A stretch of 64,000 bases of DNA, from positions 3,053-67,052 of the forward strand of contig CAIXGR010000043.1 in assembly GCA_903919075.1 (NCBI GenBank), read 5' to 3'. A model generated the notes under the pieces. That model was not told where the DNA came from, made no database searches, and was given only the letters and a program-made list of their open reading frames with translations. Positions 48,024 to 58,198 of this stretch are shown one piece after another. Origin of the DNA: an uncultured Bacteroidota bacterium. Lineage in GTDB: Bacteria > Bacteroidota > Bacteroidia > Chitinophagales > LD1. Within the stretch, counting starts at the first letter, position 1. The number at the start of each line of letters is the position of its first letter. A program made the position numbers and the translations under genes.

Positions 48024-48410
48024 TCACACCAGCGCCACCACACTAATCTCCACATTCGCATTTTTGGGCAAGCATGATACTTCAACTGTTTCTCGCGCAG
48101 GAAAAGCCCCTTTAAAATACGAAGCATAAACGGCATTTATTTTAGCAAAGTCATCCATGCTTTTAATAAAAATGGTAGCCTTTAATACCTGCTCGAAGCT
48201 GCTTCCGGCTTCCAACAATATAGCTTCAAGGTTTTTCATTACGCGGTGTGTTTCTGATTCAATACCTCCAATAATTAAATTACCGGTTTCGGGGTCAATA
48301 GGTATTTGGCCCGATATAAAAAGCATATTGCCTGCTTTTACTGCTTGCGAGTAAGGGCCTATGGCCGCTGGGGCTTCCTTGGTTTCAACAATACTTTTTT
48401 TCATGGGCAT
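48024..48410 (-). CDS. ridA: RidA (YjgF/TdcF) family reactive-intermediate deaminase
   Basis: Reads APAAIGPYSQAVKAGNMLFISGQIP, ARETVEVSCLPKNANVEI. Confidence 0.9.
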   Translation of the reverse strand: MPMKKSIVETKEAPAAIGPYSQAVKAGNMLFISGQIPIDPETGNLIIGGIESETHRVMKNLEAILLEAGSSFEQVLKATIFIKSMDDFAKINAVYASYFKGAFPARETVEVSCLPKNANVEISVVALV

Positions 48411-48565
48411 AGCATTTTAGATTTTTGCAGAAAGAAGATTTATTTTGCGCCTCAAAATTAAGCTCTTTTCAGTTTTGGTAATTCATAAATACTTCGGCAC
48501 AAATCTGCAATTTATTATTACCCAATTGTTAAAAGAAGCGTTACTTTTATTTTATTATTGAACAT

Positions 48566-49264
48566 ATGAAGGTACTTATTATTGGCGAACCCGACAGGGC
48601 AAACGAATTGAGGGCAAGGCTGGCATCATCTGCTAACCTTGAAGTTGATTTTAGTGATGGCGACGAGGATGAAGACTATGCTGAATATGATTGCATTTTC
48701 GATTTAAATTTTGATGATGAACCATCAAACTTACCAGTATATGCAGCCTTAAAAGATAAAGCTGTTTTTGTAAGTGCCGTAAAGCAAAGCTTAAACGAAG
48801 CTGTTTATTTGGGTAACGTAAAAATAAAATGCATGCTGTTTGGCTTTAATGGCTTGCCCGCATTTATTGGCCAGTCAATATGGGAGGTTAGTCTTTTTCG
48901 CAAGTTTCAAACACCAGAGTTGGACAAATTGATGGCTACCCTTGGTGTGGAATACCTGCCCGTTGAAGATAGAACTGGCTTGGTAAAAGCAAGATTGGTT
49001 TTTATGATTATTAATGAGGCATGCTACACCCTACAGGAAGGCACAGCAAGCATTGAAGACATAGATAATGGCATGAAACTGGGAACGAATTATCCTTATG
49101 GCCCTTTTGAATGGTGCGATAAAATTGGGATAACCACCGTATTCGAAACACTCTCGGCAATATACGACGATACCAAAGATGAGCGATATAAGGTTTGTCC
49201 GCTTTTAAAAACAAAATATTTGCGAAACGAATCTTTTTACCGCAAAAAAGAAATGCAAGCATGA
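48566..49264 (+). CDS. 3-hydroxyacyl-CoA dehydrogenase family protein (C-terminal domain clear, N-terminal NAD motif degenerate)
   Basis: The segment INEACYTLQEGTASIEDIDNGMKLGTNYPYGPFEWCD is 3HCDH_C-like. The N-terminus MKVLIIGEPDRANEL lacks GxGxxG. Confidence 0.62.
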   Translation: MKVLIIGEPDRANELRARLASSANLEVDFSDGDEDEDYAEYDCIFDLNFDDEPSNLPVYAALKDKAVFVSAVKQSLNEAVYLGNVKIKCMLFGFNGLPAFIGQSIWEVSLFRKFQTPELDKLMATLGVEYLPVEDRTGLVKARLVFMIINEACYTLQEGTASIEDIDNGMKLGTNYPYGPFEWCDKIGITTVFETLSAIYDDTKDERYKVCPLLKTKYLRNESFYRKKEMQA

Positions 49265-50586
49265 ATAAACTGCTGATATATACCGAACAAAAATCGAACA
49301 GGCTTACTTATATATTCGATTTTTTATTAACTGAACTATTGGGGCTTAATTATGAGCTAACCCAAGATATAGATACGTTTACCTCACACGAGGGACCTAA
49401 GTTTTCTTATGCCTCTCAACCTATTGCTGACGAGCTTTTTTTTGAGGCTGTGCCATTTCTTTATGAAACCGACCTTGTATTACAACCGGTTGACTTTTGT
49501 GAGTATGGCAAATCAACAGGCTTTTATATTGTTTCTGAGCGTTCGCTTATGCCTTTTGATGTTTTTGCCAGCGCCTTTTTTATGCTAAGCTGCTACAATG
49601 AATATTTACTAAACAAAAAAGACAAATACGACCGCTACCGGGCCAGCCAAAGCATGAATTACCGGGCAGGTTTTTTAGATAAGCCGATGATAAATTATTA
49701 CGCGCTTGACTTAAAAAAAATATTATCGGACAAATATCCTGAGCTGGTTTTCAAAAAAAACAATTTCGAATATCTACCCACTTTCGATATTGACATGGCT
49801 TATTCATTCCGAGAAAAAGGATTTGCTGTTAACCTAGGCGGGTTTCTTCGCGCCTTTCTACTCTCCGATTTTAAAGAAATAAAAAGCCGGTACGGTGTTT
49901 TGTTTCGAAACAAAAAGGACCCTTTCGATAACTTTGATTTTATTTTAGGCACCTGTAAAAAATACGCGCTAAAAACTTTATTCTTTTTTCTGGTAGGCGA
50001 AAAATCTCAGTTCGACAAAAACATTTCTGTAGAAAATGAAACTTTCAGAGACCTTATTAAAGATGTTTCTGAGCAAGCGGATGTGGGTGTTCACCTCTCG
50101 TTCAGGTCGCATATATCGAATGATGTAATGCATACGGAAATAGACCGGCTTGAAGAAATTACCGGTAAAAAAATTACTTCGAACAGGTTCCACTATCTTC
50201 GTTTTATTATACCGGCTTCTTACATGCGTTTAATAAAGATTGGCATTACAGAAGAATACTCTATGGGCCATGCTTCAAGGGTTGGTTTCCGTGCAGCAAC
50301 ATGTACGCCGTTTTATTTTTTCAACCTTATTAAAAACGAAAAGAGCCCGCTAAAAATATATCCGTTTGCTTTTATGGATACCACCTTTACACATTATAAC
50401 CGCCTTAATGCGGAAGAAGCGCAGGAAAAAATATTGCAGATGATGAAATATGTGAAAGAGGTGGAAGGACCTTTTATTGGTTTGTGGCACAACAGTTCTT
50501 TTTGCGAAGAGCGACAGTGGAAGGGCTGGAAAGAAGTATTTGAAGCTGTAGCCGAGAACGCTATGGCCTTAACAAAAGAAGAGTGA
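49261..50586 (+). CDS. Hypothetical protein, polysaccharide-deacetylase-like
   Basis: The ATG at 49261 overlaps the upstream TGA (ATGA). The family call is from memory only. Confidence 0.4.
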   Translation: MNKLLIYTEQKSNRLTYIFDFLLTELLGLNYELTQDIDTFTSHEGPKFSYASQPIADELFFEAVPFLYETDLVLQPVDFCEYGKSTGFYIVSERSLMPFDVFASAFFMLSCYNEYLLNKKDKYDRYRASQSMNYRAGFLDKPMINYYALDLKKILSDKYPELVFKKNNFEYLPTFDIDMAYSFREKGFAVNLGGFLRAFLLSDFKEIKSRYGVLFRNKKDPFDNFDFILGTCKKYALKTLFFFLVGEKSQFDKNISVENETFRDLIKDVSEQADVGVHLSFRSHISNDVMHTEIDRLEEITGKKITSNRFHYLRFIIPASYMRLIKIGITEEYSMGHASRVGFRAATCTPFYFFNLIKNEKSPLKIYPFAFMDTTFTHYNRLNAEEAQEKILQMMKYVKEVEGPFIGLWHNSSFCEERQWKGWKEVFEAVAENAMALTKEE

Positions 50587-51503
50587 ACACTATCCGTTTT
50601 TTAAAGCGTAATGAACTTGACGAAACCAAGTGGAACCATCTTATTGCCCGTTCTACGCTTTCTTTACCTTATGCTTTTTCGTGGTATTTAGATGCAGTTT
50701 CAGAGAACTGGGGTGCGCTGGTTATGGGCGATTACAAGGCCGTGCTACCTTTAGTTTGGCTGAGCCGGTTGGGCATAAAATGTTTGTATCAGCCCTATTA
50801 TTGTCAGCAATTGGGGTTTTTCAGCAATGTGCCCTTGGCGAAAAATGAAATGGAGGAATTCATATCCCTGGCCACAAAAAAATTTCCTTACGTAAATATT
50901 CAGCTTAATTCTTCGGCATCTTTAATTGCAGCAGAGGCGGGCATTAGCAGCAAAAAGAACTTGTTGCTTGATTTAAATAAAGACTACCCTAAACTAAAAA
51001 AAGAGTATTCGGAAAACCACCGGCGCAATATTGCTAAAGCCAATAAAGCAGAATTTATTTTTTCAGAATCGGTTGATTTAAAAAAATTTCAGGGTTTTTA
51101 TTTGGAAAATATAAATCGTGAGAAAGAAAAGTTTAAAGAAAAACACGAACGCATCTTCATAAAACTTTCTAAAGAATTAATTACCGGTAAGCACGGGAAA
51201 AATTTTGCGGCTACTAATGCTGATGGAAAATTATTTGCGGCGGTGCTTTTTATTTTTCACCAAAAACGAATGATTGGCATTATTAATACTTCTTCTTCTG
51301 CCGGAAAGAAAAACGGGGCATCACATTTCCTTTTAGATCAGATTATTCAAAAATTCTCGGGCAGTGATTTGGCTTTAGATTTTGAAGGGTCTTCGGTTCC
51401 ATCCATCGCACGTTTTTACGAGGGCTTTGGCGCACAACCCGAAGTGTTTTATAATTACCGCTACACTATTATTAAAAACGCAATGCGGATATTCGAAAAA
51501 TAA
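50583..51503 (+). CDS. Hypothetical protein, FemAB/GNAT-like acyl/aminoacyl-transferase fold
   Basis: The GTG start overlaps the upstream TGA (GTGA). 306 aa. Weak family call. Confidence 0.4.
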   Translation: MNTIRFLKRNELDETKWNHLIARSTLSLPYAFSWYLDAVSENWGALVMGDYKAVLPLVWLSRLGIKCLYQPYYCQQLGFFSNVPLAKNEMEEFISLATKKFPYVNIQLNSSASLIAAEAGISSKKNLLLDLNKDYPKLKKEYSENHRRNIAKANKAEFIFSESVDLKKFQGFYLENINREKEKFKEKHERIFIKLSKELITGKHGKNFAATNADGKLFAAVLFIFHQKRMIGIINTSSSAGKKNGASHFLLDQIIQKFSGSDLALDFEGSSVPSIARFYEGFGAQPEVFYNYRYTIIKNAMRIFEK

Positions 51504-51618
51504 TTCCCTTGCTTGGCTTCTTTGCTAACAGATTTTATCTTAATTTTTTAACAACTATCTATTCCAATTTTAATTCTGGCGCGAGATTGGTATTAAGCAT
51601 AACATAAACCTATTTGTT

Positions 51619-52974
51619 ATGAAAAAGATTCTTGTAATAGCCTCGGTTTGTTTGCTAACCTTATCTATTGGTTATAGCCAAAGTACTTATGATAATTCAT
51701 ACGCATCAAACGGCCCTTCATCTAACAACGATGATGTTTATTCTGCCAACAGCGATAATAATAGCGACTATACCGATAACAATAATAGCTACGATAATAA
51801 CCCCGACAATTATGCCGCCCCCGATTATCAAACTTTTCATGAACAGTTAAATGCTTATGGCAACTGGGTTAACTACCCTGGCTATGGAAACGTTTGGGTA
51901 CCACAAGTATCAGCCGATTTTTCGCCTTATGTTACTAACGGCCATTGGGCTTATACCGATTATGGTTGGTCATGGGCATCGGATTATGATTGGGGCTGGG
52001 CTACTTTTCACTACGGCCGTTGGTTTCGCGATGTGGCATACGGGTGGATGTGGGTACCCGGTTACGACTGGGCACCGGCATGGGTAATGTGGGGTGATTA
52101 TAACAACTATTATTGCTGGGCACCTATAGGCCCCGACTATGATGTGAATTCATACGGATATTACAGGCCTGCATCATACAGCTGGAATTTCATTCCTTAT
52201 GGAGAGATTAGTTGTGGCCACCCTTCGGAATATATTGTACATAATAATTATTTCTTCCAGAATAGGCATGACCACGAAGGCGTTCATATACATGTTATTA
52301 ATTCATCAGGAATTTCTCATGAAAAGAGATTCTTTGCGGGCCCAAATGCGCAAGATGTGGAGCGTAACACCGGCCAGCACATTACACATGTAAATGTTAG
52401 TGCTGCTAATCGAGTACCTGTAAATGCTATGCACCGGTTAGAACAACCTAACCACCAACAAACATTAAATCAAATAAGCCGGGCCGATAATGGCAATATG
52501 TATAATAACAACAGAAATGAGTCGCCTTCCACCAATATGAACAGCGTGCATGAAAACAGAATGGAGCCATTAAATCAAAACAGCTTTCGTAACCAGGTTG
52601 TACAACAAAATAATTCGCATCAATCTTATGCCCAACAGCAAATAAACAGGCCAGAGAGGCAGGTTGCAGCAAATAATAACAGGTCGTCAACACCGGTTAA
52701 TAACGCCGGCCATATGCAAGAGCAGAGGAATATTCAACAGAATGGTTTTTCGGAGCAACACCATGCGCAACAAGTTTTTTCGCAACCACAACAACGACAA
52801 TCTTTTTCGACAGGAAATGCGGTTCAGCGTCCAACACCTCAACCGGCGCAAAGAGCGGCTGAAAGAAATTTCGCTTCAGCACAAAGGCCTGTAGAACGCA
52901 TTTCGCAAGGTAATAGTTTTCAGAACTCAGCCCGTCCGCTTAGTGCGACTTCAGGCAGAGGAGGCAGAAGATAG
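51619..52974 (+). CDS. Secreted YXWGXW-repeat protein with N/D/Y-rich and Q/N-rich low-complexity regions
   Basis: Signal peptide, then DYGWSWASDYDWGWATFHYGRWFRDVAYGWMWVPGYDWAPAWVMWG. The C-terminal ~190 aa is rich in Q, N, S and R. Confidence 0.6.
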   Translation: MKKILVIASVCLLTLSIGYSQSTYDNSYASNGPSSNNDDVYSANSDNNSDYTDNNNSYDNNPDNYAAPDYQTFHEQLNAYGNWVNYPGYGNVWVPQVSADFSPYVTNGHWAYTDYGWSWASDYDWGWATFHYGRWFRDVAYGWMWVPGYDWAPAWVMWGDYNNYYCWAPIGPDYDVNSYGYYRPASYSWNFIPYGEISCGHPSEYIVHNNYFFQNRHDHEGVHIHVINSSGISHEKRFFAGPNAQDVERNTGQHITHVNVSAANRVPVNAMHRLEQPNHQQTLNQISRADNGNMYNNNRNESPSTNMNSVHENRMEPLNQNSFRNQVVQQNNSHQSYAQQQINRPERQVAANNNRSSTPVNNAGHMQEQRNIQQNGFSEQHHAQQVFSQPQQRQSFSTGNAVQRPTPQPAQRAAERNFASAQRPVERISQGNSFQNSARPLSATSGRGGRR

Positions 52975-53017
52975 TAGCAACTCCTTTTTCCCAGACATCA
53001 ATTCCCTCTATATAAAT

Positions 53018-53050
53018 CAAAGGCGCCCTGGACAGGCGCCTTTGTAATTT
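53018..53050 (+). terminator. Rho-independent terminator
   Basis: 10-bp stem caaaggcgcc (53018..53027) with ggcgcctttg (53035..53044), followed by taatttg. Confidence 0.7.
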
Positions 53051-53106
53051 GCAGCCTATTTCAATAAATTAGCTGTTCACAAATAAAGGGTGCTGTCTAA
53101 AAACAA

Positions 53107-54972
53107 ATGAAGAAAAATAATCCTGCAAAGAAGGCAAGCCCCGTTGCATCTTCGGCTGCTGCGCCAAAAAAGAAACCGGCGACAGAAAAAAAGAAAAACA
53201 ACCTTGCTTGGTATGGTATTCTTCTTTTTGCTTTTGTCTTTATTTTATACGGGCAGAGTATAAATTATGGCTATGTGCTGGATGATGACCTTGTGGCACG
53301 TTACAACCCTTTTGTGCAGCAAGGCATAAAAGGACTGCCGAAAATATTTACAGAAAACACTTGTCCGCTATATGCCTCGCAAGGTTCTTACCGGCCATTA
53401 CTACAAGCACATTTAGCCATAGAAAAAGAGTTTTGGGGATTTAACCCCGGCGTAAGTCATTTTTTCAATGTGCTTTATTATGCCATACTCGGTGTAATAT
53501 TATTTGTTGTGCTGTGCCGTATTTTTAAAAACACCGACAAGGTTTTCCCTTTCCTTATTACGCTGCTATTTCTTGCACATCCGGTGCATACCGAAGTGGT
53601 GGCCAACATTAAAAGCGGTGATGAAATATTTTGTTTGATTTTTGTTTTGCTTAGTATTCTTTTTCTGTTCTGGTATCTTGATAAGGCAAAAATAATTTGG
53701 CTGGTGGCAAGTGCCACTTGCTTTTTTCTGGCGGCCGCTTCAAAAGAAACGGGGTTAACCTTTCTTGCGGTTATTCCTTTAATTCTATTTTATTTTACCG
53801 GTGAAAAGATTAAAAGAATTTCACTTCTTACTGTGCCGTATCTACTGGCATCAGTGTTTTTTTTAATAATAAGAACTGTTGTTAACCACGGTGTTGTTTC
53901 AAGCACAAAAATCAGCCCGCTTTTCAATTCTATTGTGGCCATTCCTTCCGCGTCGGAACGATTAGCTACTAAGGTGTTTGTTTTAGGTAAATATATTTTT
54001 CTTCTTTTTGTGCCTTACCATTTAAGTTGGGATTACGGGTATAGCCAAATAGCGCCGGTAGGTTGGCTAAGTCCGTATGTTATTTTAACGGTGCTGGTTT
54101 ATTTGGGCCTGTTAATGTTTGCGCTACTGAAAATAAAAAGCCGGAGTGTCTTCGGGTTTTGCGTTTTTTATTTTTTGGTAACAATTTCAATTACATCAAA
54201 CATTATTGTTCCGATTGGAAGCACTATGGCTGAGCGGTTTTTATTTGTTCCGTCGCTGGGGTTCTGCATAGCAATTGTTTTTCTCTTTACTAAAACACTG
54301 AGCGTTGATATTTCAGCAAATTCGAAACATAACTATTCGTTGTTTTATGGTATTACCGGTGTTTTAATATTTGTATACCTATTAAAAACAATTGATAGGG
54401 GGGCGGCGTGGAAAGACCCGCTATCGTTATACGAAGCCGGGGTTAAAGATTCGCCGAACAGCGCGCGTACACATGGGGCGCTGGGTAATGAATACTCTAT
54501 GTTAGCACAGGCCAATTCGATTACAGTTGAGAGAAACGAGCTGTTTAAAAAGGCGCTTGATGAACTTAAATCCGGATTAAATATTTACCCAAAAGATTAC
54601 CAGGCGTGGTACAATTTAGGTGTGGTTTATTTTTCTACCGGCAAAATTGAAGAGGGGCAGGACGCCTGTAAGAAAGCAATTTCATACAATCCCGATTTTC
54701 AGCAAGCATATAATAACTTAGGCACATCGCAAGCACAGAAAGGAGATTTAAAAACGGCAGTTTCAAATTTTGCTCGGGCGGCAGAATTAGATTCTAACTA
54801 CCTCGATGCATTTTCAAATGCAGCGGCGGCTTATTCTGGCTTAAGAGAATATAAAAAAGCTGCGCCCTATTATAAACGGTGTGTTGAGTTAAACCCGGGG
54901 GCAAAAATTCATTACGACCGAATGATTGAAAATGAAAAGATGATAGCGCAGGATACTTCTATTACTAGATAG
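53107..54972 (+). CDS. TMTC-like polytopic membrane protein (GT-C-type, DUF1736-like) with C-terminal TPR repeats
   Basis: About 11 predicted helices, an AERFLFVPSLGFCIA segment, and C-terminal TPRs (AWYNLGVVYF, AYNNLGTSQ). Confidence 0.58.
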   Translation: MKKNNPAKKASPVASSAAAPKKKPATEKKKNNLAWYGILLFAFVFILYGQSINYGYVLDDDLVARYNPFVQQGIKGLPKIFTENTCPLYASQGSYRPLLQAHLAIEKEFWGFNPGVSHFFNVLYYAILGVILFVVLCRIFKNTDKVFPFLITLLFLAHPVHTEVVANIKSGDEIFCLIFVLLSILFLFWYLDKAKIIWLVASATCFFLAAASKETGLTFLAVIPLILFYFTGEKIKRISLLTVPYLLASVFFLIIRTVVNHGVVSSTKISPLFNSIVAIPSASERLATKVFVLGKYIFLLFVPYHLSWDYGYSQIAPVGWLSPYVILTVLVYLGLLMFALLKIKSRSVFGFCVFYFLVTISITSNIIVPIGSTMAERFLFVPSLGFCIAIVFLFTKTLSVDISANSKHNYSLFYGITGVLIFVYLLKTIDRGAAWKDPLSLYEAGVKDSPNSARTHGALGNEYSMLAQANSITVERNELFKKALDELKSGLNIYPKDYQAWYNLGVVYFSTGKIEEGQDACKKAISYNPDFQQAYNNLGTSQAQKGDLKTAVSNFARAAELDSNYLDAFSNAAAAYSGLREYKKAAPYYKRCVELNPGAKIHYDRMIENEKMIAQDTSITR

Positions 54973-54993
54973 CCCTGATAAGTATTTTTGCTG

Positions 54994-55767
54994 CTATATT
55001 TTTATTTTGCAATATACCGGGCAGTGGTCGCTATGTTTTACATCTTGGTACATGGCGGCTTCAACCAGATTTTTTTCTAAGTTTTTGCTGGCTGCTATAT
55101 AGTCAATACGCCAGCCCTTGTTATTGGCACGCGAATTTGCCCTAAAGCTCCACCAGCTATATTGATGCGGTTCTTTATTAAAATGGCGGAAGCTATCAAT
55201 ATAGCCCGAGTTAAAATATTTTTCCATCCAAGCCCTTTCCTCGGGTTTAAAGCCCGATGAATCTTTATTGCTGATTGGATTGTGGATGTCTATTTCGCGG
55301 TGGCAAATATTGTAATCGCCAAGTATAATTATCTTACTCCTCTCCTTCTTTAATTTATTGATGTAATCAAAAAAATCATCTAAAAACTTCATTTTTACAG
55401 CTTGTCTTTCATCACCGGTTGTGCCGCTTGGAAAATAAGTGTTTAAAATACTTAGGTCGCCAATATCAATACGCAAGCTTCTTCCTTCGTCGTCGTATTG
55501 TTTTATTCCTATCCCCTTCACCACATTATCGGGCTTAATTTTGGTAAAGGTTGCGACACCGCTATAGCCTTTTTTTACAGCATCAAATAAATAACAGTGG
55601 TAGCCTAATGCTTCAAATGGCTTGGGGTCGAAATCGTCTTTATGTACTTTCATTTCCTGCATGCAAATTACATCAGGGTTGGCTGCTTTAAGCCAGTCGA
55701 CAAAGCCTTTGCTTACTGCCGAGCGAATACCGTTTACGTTGTATGATATTATTTTTATTTCCTTCAT
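54994..55767 (-). CDS. xth: Exodeoxyribonuclease III
   Basis: The ATG at 55767 gives MKEIKIISYNVNGIRSA. Also present are CMQEMK, GDYNICH, WRIDYI and SDHCPV. Confidence 0.9.
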   Translation of the reverse strand: MKEIKIISYNVNGIRSAVSKGFVDWLKAANPDVICMQEMKVHKDDFDPKPFEALGYHCYLFDAVKKGYSGVATFTKIKPDNVVKGIGIKQYDDEGRSLRIDIGDLSILNTYFPSGTTGDERQAVKMKFLDDFFDYINKLKKERSKIIILGDYNICHREIDIHNPISNKDSSGFKPEERAWMEKYFNSGYIDSFRHFNKEPHQYSWWSFRANSRANNKGWRIDYIAASKNLEKNLVEAAMYQDVKHSDHCPVYCKIKI

Positions 55768-55802
55768 GTGCTTTATTTTTTCACTGCGTTCGTTTTCTAA
55801 AA

Positions 55803-56723
55803 TCAATACTCCTTTGCTTTATACGGCACTTTCTTCAGCTTTGTAAACAGGTCTTTACATTTCTCTTTTCCTTCGGGGCTGTTGATGGCAAAGAACCAGT
55901 AGTTTTCAAAGTCTCCCATGTTCATAGCCAGTTGCATAGTGCCTTGCGATTTGTGTTCGGCAATTTCCCAGTTTACTATTACTTTATAGTTCAGTTTGTT
56001 TTTATACCCAAACGCAACAGTTTTATCGAAGGTAAACATTGGGCTATTGCCTTCCACTTTTGTTTCGGCGTATGTTTTTAACTGGTTGAATGAAAGCTGG
56101 GCAGTATCTGTTTTTGAAGAACCGGAACAAGCCAACACCACCGGTCTAATATTTTGTGGCAATGCTTGAACGGTGCGCAAAGCCAGCAGGGTTGCGGCTT
56201 TATGATGCGCGTGTGTTTCGGGTGTGGGCAATAAACAAAAAATAAAATCGTAATGTGTGGTGGTCATTATTTCGCGTAGGCGGATATTTACCCAAGGTAT
56301 ATTCCAGGTGGTGTCAAGCGGTTCATGTTCATCTAATCCGTAATGCGCATCTTTTTGGTCGAGGAAAAAAATGTTGTGTGTGCCAATAATTTTTCCGGCG
56401 TTCATTAATTCCTGTTTACGTATGCGCGGTAGATTTGCGCGGCCTACAGCTTCATCAGTCAATTCTAATCCATAATATGCTTCTGATAAAGTTGAATATT
56501 TATATCCGCCTTCGCCGTTGGTTATTACACATTGATCAACCAAGCCATTTAGCTCGTGTGTAATTTTATAAATGGTGGCGGCCATCCCAGTTTCGTCATC
56601 AGGGTGCGCTGTAACTACCAAAACTTTGGGACCGGTAATAGATTGCTGTGAGAAAACTGCTGCCGTGACATTAATCGCCATTAAAGCAAGCAGCGTTATT
56701 TTTAAAAACGAAGTTCTTTTCAT
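55803..56723 (-). CDS. PIG-L (LmbE) family deacetylase, secreted
   Basis: The ATG at 56723 precedes a signal peptide, followed by VLVVTAHPDDETG and HAHH. Confidence 0.78.
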   Translation of the reverse strand: MKRTSFLKITLLALMAINVTAAVFSQQSITGPKVLVVTAHPDDETGMAATIYKITHELNGLVDQCVITNGEGGYKYSTLSEAYYGLELTDEAVGRANLPRIRKQELMNAGKIIGTHNIFFLDQKDAHYGLDEHEPLDTTWNIPWVNIRLREIMTTTHYDFIFCLLPTPETHAHHKAATLLALRTVQALPQNIRPVVLACSGSSKTDTAQLSFNQLKTYAETKVEGNSPMFTFDKTVAFGYKNKLNYKVIVNWEIAEHKSQGTMQLAMNMGDFENYWFFAINSPEGKEKCKDLFTKLKKVPYKAKEY

Positions 56724-56824
56724 ACGCGTAAAGTTATAGTAAAAAGACAATTGACAATAGTGAATAGTAAATATTGAAATAGTAATTAGTTATTAACTAT
56801 TTTGTACTTTATTAAATTGAATAG

Positions 56825-58156
56825 ATGAACAAACTAATCCGCGGATTAGGGCTAACGCAGGCGGTTGCCATTAATACCATTGATATGGTAGGTATTGGCC
56901 CTTTTATTGCGCTGCCATTAATTATTGGCGCCATGCAAGGGCCCGCGTGTATACTTGCCTGGGTGCTGGGCGCGGTGCTGGCTTTTGCCGATGGCACGGT
57001 GTGGGCCGAGCTGGGTGCTAAGTGGCCTGAGGCAGGCGGCAGCTATAAGTTTTTACAAAATTTATATGGACCGAAAAAAGGCGGCCGGTTAATGTCGTTT
57101 TTATATACGTGGCAAACTATCATACAGGCACCGCTGGTAATTGCATCGGGCGCTATTGGGTTTGCGCAGTATCTGGCTTTTCTTACACCGGTTAATAGTT
57201 TTCAGCAAAAATTGGTTTCGGGTGGCTTGGTAATTATGGTAACCATATTGCTTTACCGAAAAATAACCGATATAGGAAAAATATCGCTGGTCATGGGTGT
57301 TGTTGTAATGGGCACTATTCTATGGATTATTGCCAGCGGGTTAATGTATGGCAACACCGGTGCGGTATTTATACAAGCTGGGGCACCGGTTAGCTTTACC
57401 GGTTCGTTTTTTAGTGGGCTGGGCGAGGCGGGCACTAAAGCTATTTATTGTTATTTAGGTTATTACAATGTATGTCACTTAGGTGCTGAAATAAAAAATC
57501 CGGAACGAAATATACCACGCAGCATTTTTATTTCCATTGCAATTATTGCTGTCTTATATCTGCTGATGCAGGTTTCGGTGCTGCATGTAATTCCGTGGCA
57601 GGAGGCTAAAGATTCTCCATTCATTATTAGCTTGTTTTTTGAAAAATTGCAGGGGCATATTGCGGCGCAAGTAGCCACTGCTCTTATTTTATTAATTGCT
57701 GTCACTTCTCTTTTTGCTGTTATGCTAGGCTACTCGCGGGTGCCATATGCTGCGGCTTTAGATGGCAATTTTTTCTCGGTGTTCGGAAAACTGCATCCGG
57801 TTAAAAATTTCCCTCATATCTCTTTGCTTGTGTTGGCAGCGCTGGCATTTGTTTTTAGCCTGTTGTTTAAAATGAAAGAAGTAATTACTGCCATTATTAT
57901 TATGCGCATACTAATACAGTTCATTGCTCAAGGGGCAGGCCTTATTGCCTATCATCAGCGAAACAAAGCCGAGCCGTTTCCTTACCGCATGTGGCTTTAT
58001 CCGGTACCTCCAGTGATTGCCATTTTAATTTGGCTGTTTATTTTTTTCTCGGCCGATAAAATTTACGTAGCCGGTGCATTAGGCTTTATTTTAATTGGCA
58101 TTATTCTATTCGTTATTAAAGAACGCCTCCTAAAAAATAAAGCTCTTACAGAATAA
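56825..58156 (+). CDS. APC-superfamily amino acid permease
   Basis: 443-aa ORF with about 12 helices and an N-terminal GIGPFI-type segment. Confidence 0.78.
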   Translation: MNKLIRGLGLTQAVAINTIDMVGIGPFIALPLIIGAMQGPACILAWVLGAVLAFADGTVWAELGAKWPEAGGSYKFLQNLYGPKKGGRLMSFLYTWQTIIQAPLVIASGAIGFAQYLAFLTPVNSFQQKLVSGGLVIMVTILLYRKITDIGKISLVMGVVVMGTILWIIASGLMYGNTGAVFIQAGAPVSFTGSFFSGLGEAGTKAIYCYLGYYNVCHLGAEIKNPERNIPRSIFISIAIIAVLYLLMQVSVLHVIPWQEAKDSPFIISLFFEKLQGHIAAQVATALILLIAVTSLFAVMLGYSRVPYAAALDGNFFSVFGKLHPVKNFPHISLLVLAALAFVFSLLFKMKEVITAIIIMRILIQFIAQGAGLIAYHQRNKAEPFPYRMWLYPVPPVIAILIWLFIFFSADKIYVAGALGFILIGIILFVIKERLLKNKALTE

Positions 58157-58198
58157 TCTGCAAGAGCTTTATTGATATTATAACTTTTCCTGTTTCTA

